From the human T2T-CHM13v2.0 reference genome, Homo sapiens: 64,000 nucleotides of DNA. The position numbers were made by a program, and so were the translations under genes. The notes below the pieces were generated by a model, which saw only the letters and a list, made by a program, of their open reading frames with translations, ran no database searches and had not been told where the DNA came from. This document shows, piece by piece, positions 56,821 to 64,000 of the stretch. Where the stretch lies: the NCBI RefSeq assembly GCF_009914755.1, contig NC_060938.1. One strand, written 5' to 3'. Position 1 is the first letter of the stretch. Each line of letters opens with the position of its first letter.

Positions 56821-57132
56821 AAGAAGAAACATTACCAATATCAGAAAAAATGAGGCATCAGAACAGATTATACAAATATTAAAAATAAGAAAATGTTATA
56901 AACAAATTTATGATTTCATATTTGACAACCTAGATGGAATAAAGAAAATCTGTAAAAAGTGGATTGTATAAAAATAAATCCAAGAATAAATTTAAACTTA
57001 AAGAACTCTATATAAATTTTAAAAATTAAGTTTACAATTAAAACCTTTCCTGTAAACATAACCCCAGAATTATATGTCAATGCTGGTGATTCTGTCATGT
57101 ATTTGGGGAAGAATAGAAACAAAAAAGAAAAA

Positions 57133-57133
<1 letters not shown>

Positions 57134-57183
<50 letters not shown>
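57134..57183. repeat. (CA)~25 microsatellite
   Basis: Direct reading. Confidence 0.97.
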
Positions 57184-57185
<2 letters not shown>

Positions 57186-57793
57186 GTAATTCAGATAATA
57201 GGAGTGATAGGAGCATCCCCTAACTTATTTTACAAAACTAATATTATTATTATTAATGTTTTAAAAATACATTGGAAGGATAGAAAACTACAGACCAATA
57301 ATATTCATAAACTTACATACCAAGAAGTTAAAATTTGCCAAGTGGGACACAGCAATCTATAAAAGCAATAAATATATCACATTGTAAAATGAATTTTATC
57401 AGGAAAATGCAAGGTTGGTGTAATTATCTAAAAAATCCAACCAATATAACTAAGAAAATAAAGAAATATATATGATCATTTTAATAAATACAGAAGAATT
57501 TGACAAAATTCAACTCCTATTCATGATAAAAATTCTCAGCAAACTTTACATGAAAAGGAACTTTATAAATCTCATTAACTATTTATAAACCAACAAAAAA
57601 TTAGAACTTGCATCCTACTCCATGCTTTCTACTTTGTATTAAGAAAAAAGCATGGTTGTGTATTCTCACTAGTTAACATTTAAAATTATATTGAAATGAA
57701 GCAGAGAAAAAATAAAAGGCATTGGAAAGGAAGAAGTGCAACTATTTCATTTGTAGACAACATGACCATGTGTTTTAAAATGTAGATTTTATT

Positions 57794-58315
57794 TGTATTT
57801 AGGTATGCTGAGGCTGTCAGATTAGGTGACAGTTTCCATTGAAATATAGTTTATTGCTCACAGTTCCCAAGAACAGGATACAGAGGGCCACGGGAAATAA
57901 CACTGACACTGATCACAGGCAGCGAGAAAAGGGAACTGCAGTCAAGAGTTTTTATTATGATTTTTTTTTTTTTGGAGGGAATGAACAAGGCAAGATAAGC
58001 AGGCTACATAAATTTAGGATTGGCTAGTTTGAACAAATTTAGAGGGCTCTTGCCTCTGTATAGGGGCTGTCCCTATTTGTCTAAACCTATTCCTGGGGTG
58101 ATCAGGGCAGTGACATAGTGGCTTAAAGTATGAGAGCCTGATAAAGGAGGCACTGAGAGTAAGGGCCTTCAATTGGTTAGTATGCAGAGAAAAAGCATGT
58201 TCATAGGCAAGTGACTAGGAATCAGCTAACCCTGCTGGAGGCAGTCTCTTCCAGGTCAGCAAAGCCCTAGATGTCAAAGCATCAAATACAGAACCTAGAA
58301 AACATTGTTAATACA
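57794..58315 (-). mobile_element. ERVL LTR, MER74/MER54-group
   Basis: TG...CA ends; ttaggattggctagtttgaa, taggggctgtccct, ctagatgtcaaagcatcaa, gttaataca. Confidence 0.8.
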
Positions 58316-61300
58316 TCATGTTTACATTCATATAATGTCCTAAAGAATTGTAAGAAAAAAATTCTCCTAGAATTAATCTGTGGATTTACCAAGACTTCAG
58401 GGCATAAGGGCAAATAACAAAAGCCAATTGTGTTGGGGGTGGGGTGAGTAGGGGAGGTATAAACAGTGAACAATTAGAACATTAAATCAAACTGCAAGTC
58501 CACTTAAAATAGCAAAAACTGGTAAATGTTTCAATAAGTTATGTGCAAGATATGGAAAGTACAAACCACTGGGAAGGAAAATGAAAAAAATTCTAAATAA
58601 ATGAAAAGATATACAATGCTTATGCAGGTCTCCCCAAATTAATCTATAGATTCAGTGCAATCTAAATCAAAATTATGATAGCCATTTTTTGGAAAGAAAT
58701 TCACAAGCTGATTCAAAAATTTCTGTTAAAAGGCATACGATCTGAAAAACAAAAACAATTTTGAAAAATGAAGAGAAGTTTAGAAAACTTACACTACTTG
58801 TTTTCAAGGTTTACAATGAAGGTACAAGTTATTAAGATAGTGTGATATTAGCATAAACTTAGAAACATAGCTCATTGGATCACAATAGAATGTAGACCTA
58901 CTTATGTAATGACAATTGATTTTCAATTAAATGCTAAAGTAATTCAATAAGATATAGTGTTTTCAACAAATAGTGCTACAGCAATTGAAAATCTGCAGGG
59001 GAAAAAATAAGACACAGAAGCTCTATCTTTACTTAGCACCATGTGTAATTAGAAACTACAAAAGTATACTTATTAAAGCATATCAGTGGTTGCCTGGGAC
59101 TAGAAGTTGGAGGAGGAGATTGACTTCAACTGGACTTAAGGGAAGTTTTCAGGATGATTAATATTATCCTGCAGTTTTATTAAAGTGATGTTACACAACT
59201 GCATAAATTCACCAAAATTCACCCAATTCTACACTTAAAATGGGTGAATGTTGTATGTGAATTATATCTCAATAAGTAGATGGAAATGAAAATAATATGG
59301 GCATTATAATACTTCTGAAGTTTACAAATTAAATAACGTATATAAAAGTGCTTAGGTCACAAATAATTTTAAAAGATCAAGGTGTTATAATTACTATAGT
59401 AAAAAATGTCCTTCCTAATTAGGAGGAATGTATCATTCACATAAATTGAATGTATCCAATGTGCCATGTAACCTACATACATCCTATTTACTTCAAATAT
59501 CCATTCATTATTATACCACTTCTAGCAGCAAAATGTTTTGTAGAATATAAATGACTATGAAAAAATCAAACTGCAGAACTAAAATTGATAAATAAGTGTT
59601 TATATTATGAAGCTAAAATCCCTTCGTCTTAGTCATTGTGTGCTTTGTATTGAGATGTATTCATTAGGTTTAAGTGCTAGAAGTGCTCATCATTACAAAT
59701 ATTTCATATAGGTTTAGCAAGGAAGGGTTTTGCTTATGTTTTCATTTCGTGCCATAATAATTTAAAGACCATCTGATGAAGAGTGGTTTCCATACATTCT
59801 GCAAATGTTAGTTGTTTGCAGAATAGTCTATTCAACAACCTCTATAGCATGATAAAAAACAAATTCCTTCTTGATTTAATACATAAATAAGTTTGATGAT
59901 TAGAAAAATATCTTTAATTTTATCTAGAAATCAAATGAAGTTAACAGTGCTTTACCACGTAAAATCATAAATATATATGTGTCTTAAATATGTTTTAAAT
60001 GTTATTGTCATTTTTCTCATATGTTTTGATATTTACTGTGGCTGCAAGAAAGCTTAAAATAAATATTAACATTCAGTTTTAATAAATATATAGTTCTAAT
60101 GTAATGACACATAATTCTTCCACATTACTTAATTTTATATGCATTTAATGTTTGTCAAATGTGTGATTTAATATTTTAACACAATGCCAATACTTTTAAG
60201 GCAAGAAAGCTACAAACACGAATAACAAAATAGTTTGTAAAAAGTAGTTTGTAAAAAAAAAAAATAGTTTACTTGTTTGTTCTTAATTATTTGGTTGCGT
60301 TCTTAAAAATCAGCATTTTTTTTAGGTCAATTTCCCAAACCAGGCATCTGGCAGCTCTGCTTTTCCTAAGATCTATTATAAATGCCAACGGCTGTTAAAA
60401 GTGACAGTATACATTAGCAGACTTTCATGACACTGTATGCCAAAAATGTATAGGTCCACATACACCCCTACACACACAGCCTTCCCCTCACATGTATGCA
60501 CACACATGTAATTTTAATCAAGTAGATCTTTGAAAGTAAAGTACAGACTTTTAAATTTGGAATTCACACATATTTTTTCAAATACTTTTTTCAATTATGT
60601 TATATACATGTATTACTTAAGTAACATATAAATCTATTTTATGAATTGTAAAAGCAAGAGGAAAACAACTACTAGGTATGTTCATGCTGTGACATAGGGA
60701 CATTCATTTCTGACTAAAATATGTGAGAAATGTATGTGATTTCTCTTTTAGATAAAGTCCAGAAATAGAGGTCGATGTAAGCATAAAGTACTGTGATATA
60801 GAATAATTTTCTTGAACATGGAATACATGTCACATATATATTTTCATATATGTAAAGATTACTTCAGAGTTAATTGATGCTCATGGGTCATTTTCCAAAA
60901 CAAGTTAACAGTACCTATTCATTTATATGGCATTGCTAAGTTTATAGAGTCAATACACTGATGAAAAGAGAATATATACATGCACACATACACACAACTG
61001 GTTTGGATTATGTTTTTTCTATCAGTTAGGGTGGAGTGAACATGTTATATGCATTATTTAAATAGTTGATTTAAACATTCTCACAGCATACTCATGCTCA
61101 TATCATACTCAGCTATTATTTTCAATCATTTTTCATATGTAAAACAAGTAATGAACAGAGGAAATACTTACATTTTTCTCTAAAATTGCATTTAACAGAA
61201 CTTGATATTTTACTAGCTATACAGAATTTATAATAATCATGAGTGATGGAATTATCATTACTTGTTATTCCACTGATGAGAACTGAAATGGTAGAAAATA

Positions 61301-61349
61301 GTGCTCAAATGAAAAAGGGCCAACCAAATTTGCTTTTACATCTACAAGG

Positions 61350-61800
61350 ATAGATAAGTATTTGTTGGTGCCAATCATCAATTCATGTTCTTCAGATTAA
61401 GTGCATAGATTTCCTGAATGATGAAAACTGTGAAATTGTGGCAGTGTTTTCTGTGCGTAGGTGGTCATGGTATTCATGAACCCATATGGAGAGGTTCCAG
61501 GTTGATGTGATTTCATCTTCTCTTGCGTGGCTTGTCATAGTATGCTTTTAAACTGCTCAGAGAACTCTATTATCACTGTAGATGCTAATCATTCATTCCA
61601 TCATATATATCCCATTGTTTAGAAAATATTGCTTGCTGTGAAGATCGGTTGCTAGAGTCATTTGGTCATTTGGTTGGTGAATCTTTAATTTCTGAGTTCC
61701 CGTAGTAGATACACAGCTTTGAATATGAAATGTTATTATCTTGGCCAAGTTGAATTGATGAGAGTTGAAAAGTAAATCCAGAGATATATACATGAATCTT
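61350..61800 (-). mobile_element. Possible ancient RTE-X/L4-like LINE endonuclease remnant
   Basis: Minus-strand peptides in mixed frames IYYGNS, NDQMTL, MISIYSD, PYGFMNT, EEHELMIGTN occur in APE-domain motif order. Confidence 0.35.
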
Positions 61801-63323
61801 CATGTAATACTATATTTCAGCACTTAAAAAATTACCTTGCTATCTTCAAGGATCTCCACATAAGGTCAACAGGAGAATTAAAATATCTTCTCTAAAATTC
61901 AGGAGCAAATTTGCCCTTCTTAAATTCAGAAAGTGAAACTGAGAAATTCCTGGTCTCCTGGACAAATATCCTAATCCTACCCTTGAACTGGCATAATTAC
62001 AAGTGGATTGTTGTTAAGAGTTCAAGTGAGGCTGGGAAAGACAGCGGTTGCCAGCCACCGCTCTCTAGGAAGCCCAACTAAGACCATAGGAAAACAAAAC
62101 CATTTCCAAAGATCACAGACTTTGAATTAAGAGAACCCAAGGAAAAACACAGAGTGGTGTGAAAGTTATGAACTGAGATGGCTCCACCGGCTTCAATTGG
62201 GTAGTGTGAGCTTGTCTGAGGGGCACATTCCACCCACAGACCAAACACCTTATTCCCCATTAACAAGTATAATCATGCGGGTTTCTAACACAGTTGCCTT
62301 TTTCAGTTATGTGTTAACCACTCTTTAAATAGCAAAGTAGGAGGGCAGAGGAAAACTTTGAGAGTGGGAAATTCTCACGAGATGTCAACTTTTAGTACAC
62401 AATTAATAACACAAGTCAAACTGTTTTTTTGTTTTTTTAATTATTGATGTTGATTTGAGCCTGAGCCTACAAATTTCAGTCATTTTGTAAATGCATTCCT
62501 CTAGATTTGACCTCAGAATCCCTGTGGGGTAGAAACTACTGGATGGAATTTCTAATTAAAAAAAAATAGGGCTCCCAGCAATTTAACCCCAAGTTCCCTC
62601 ATCATTTACCCTCAACGCTCCCTCTTATAAGTGGCCCACAGTCTTTTATTCATATTGACAACTTGTACTTGACAGCACCCACGGAAGAATGACAGCTTTC
62701 CTCCAAAAGCAACACGCTCCATACTGAAGTTGCTTCAACACCTTGAAATTTACTTTTCAGACTGAAAGCTTTCATACGTGGTGACTAATACAAATCACAA
62801 AGGACCTATTTATAAAAGGATTCCTTGTGCACTTGGGGGATAGTTGCTAAAGCAATTTTCTTTTGCTTTGGGGCAAGACTGAGGAGAATTTTGACTTCAT
62901 AGCTTCCTAGAACCCTCACAAATTTACACAGGTGTGGAGCTCGTACATGTTTAATATACATTGCTTTGCCTCTCTCTGATTTCTCTTTGTCTCTTCTTTA
63001 CTCCTTCAGTCAGCCTCTGTCTGCATCCCTTTCTCATACTCCAGAACCCTCTTTTTAAAGCAGTTTTAATGTTTATGGTAAATGAAGCACACACTGGAAA
63101 CTACATTACAATTGTTGATCAATTTTCAGATTCCAGATTTCTCTCACCAGGATGACTGACATTAAAATGGCTTCATTGTGCTTATTGGCAGGTTGGTCCA
63201 TCCAGTCTTTTTCTGGCAAGTCTAGAATTTCCCACGGGTAGTTAATACATGGAAGGTTAAAATGATATCTTACAATGCCACCTTTGCAATTTGTTTTGGC
63301 TCTTGAACAGAGCCAGAGGAATA

Positions 63324-63856
63324 GAGGAGCCCCTTTTTATCTGTGGGAGATAGGTTTCAAGATTTCTTGTGAAAGCCTGAAACAGCAGGTATTGCCAAAC
63401 CCTACATATACTCTTTTTTAAAAAAAAATGTACATAACTATGATAAAGTTTAATTTGTAGTTTAGGCACAGTAAGAGATTAACATCAATAACTAATAATC
63501 AAACAGAATAATTATAACAATATGCCCACATCACTACTCTTGCATTTTATTAAGTAAAGTAAGGGTTACTTGAACACAAGCACCGCAGTATTGTCATAGT
63601 CAATCTGAGATAGTTACTAAGTGAATAAGTACTGGGAAGCACAGGCAGCTTGAATCCACTGGACGAAGGAGTGATTCAAGACAGACGGGATGGAGCAGGA
63701 CAGCATGAGATTTCATCACATGACTCAGAACGCTGTGTAATTTAAAACTTATGAATTGTTTGTTTCTGGAATTTCCCATTTAACATTTTGAACTGCGGTT
63801 GACTGTGGGTAACTGAAACCATAGAAAGTAAAATCACAAATAAGGAATGACAATTG
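63324..63856. mobile_element. MER44B (Tigger7-derived)
   Basis: ctatgataaagtttaattt..taggcacagtaagagattaac, aatttaaaacttatgaattgttt, gggtaactgaaacc; TA on both flanks. Confidence 0.92.
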
Positions 63857-64000
63857 TATTAGGTATTTAAATCACAACTCTTGAATCGTGGAATTCTCTT
63901 TCTCTCTCTCTTTCTGATATCCAGCACTAAATATATTAATTACATACCTAAGGAAATAACAGTAGGATACTTGGACAACTGCTTCACAAGTAAAATATTA

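Larger units (their letters stand above)
52400..59278 (+). mobile_element. Old L1M element (5' region, ORF1, ORF2 pieces, L1MD/ME-type 3'UTR) hosting nested insertions
   Basis: ORF1-like gagcctcagggacctttgagaaaatatc..tctaacatacatgttattag; ORF2-like gaatttgacaaaattcaactcctattcatgataaaa; 3'UTR atcagtggttgcctggg...aattatatctcaataa. Confidence 0.8.

Overview
Primate (human-like) genomic DNA: AT-rich, CpG-depleted, with no CpG island and no recognisable protein-coding exon, so it is a gene desert or large intron. The supplied ORFs are Alu/L1/LTR read-throughs or chance ORFs. Much of the window is interspersed repeat: 13 Alus (J, S, Y), L1PA13/L1PA15-like and old L1M pieces, L2, MIR, MaLR/ERVL/ERV9 solo LTRs, and DNA-transposon fossils (MER20, MER58B, MADE1, MER44B, Zaphod-like). 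A repeat-poor, motif-rich block at about 31.8-34.2 kb looks enhancer-like. The most notable observation is a 37-nt copy of the 5' exon of tRNA-Arg(TCT) (55355-55391). It ends at the tRNA intron splice site and is fused directly to a 5'-truncated L1PA15-like element, making it a candidate tRNA-half/L1 chimeric retrocopy, plausibly made by RtcB-type RNA ligation. Four local duplications of different ages are also present: about 170 bp direct, about 80 bp inverted with a 32-bp perfect core, 328 bp direct carrying CCAAT+TATA, and a 27-bp perfect templated insertion. Repeat subfamily names come from my recall of consensus sequences, not from a RepeatMasker run, and boundaries of old repeats are approximate.
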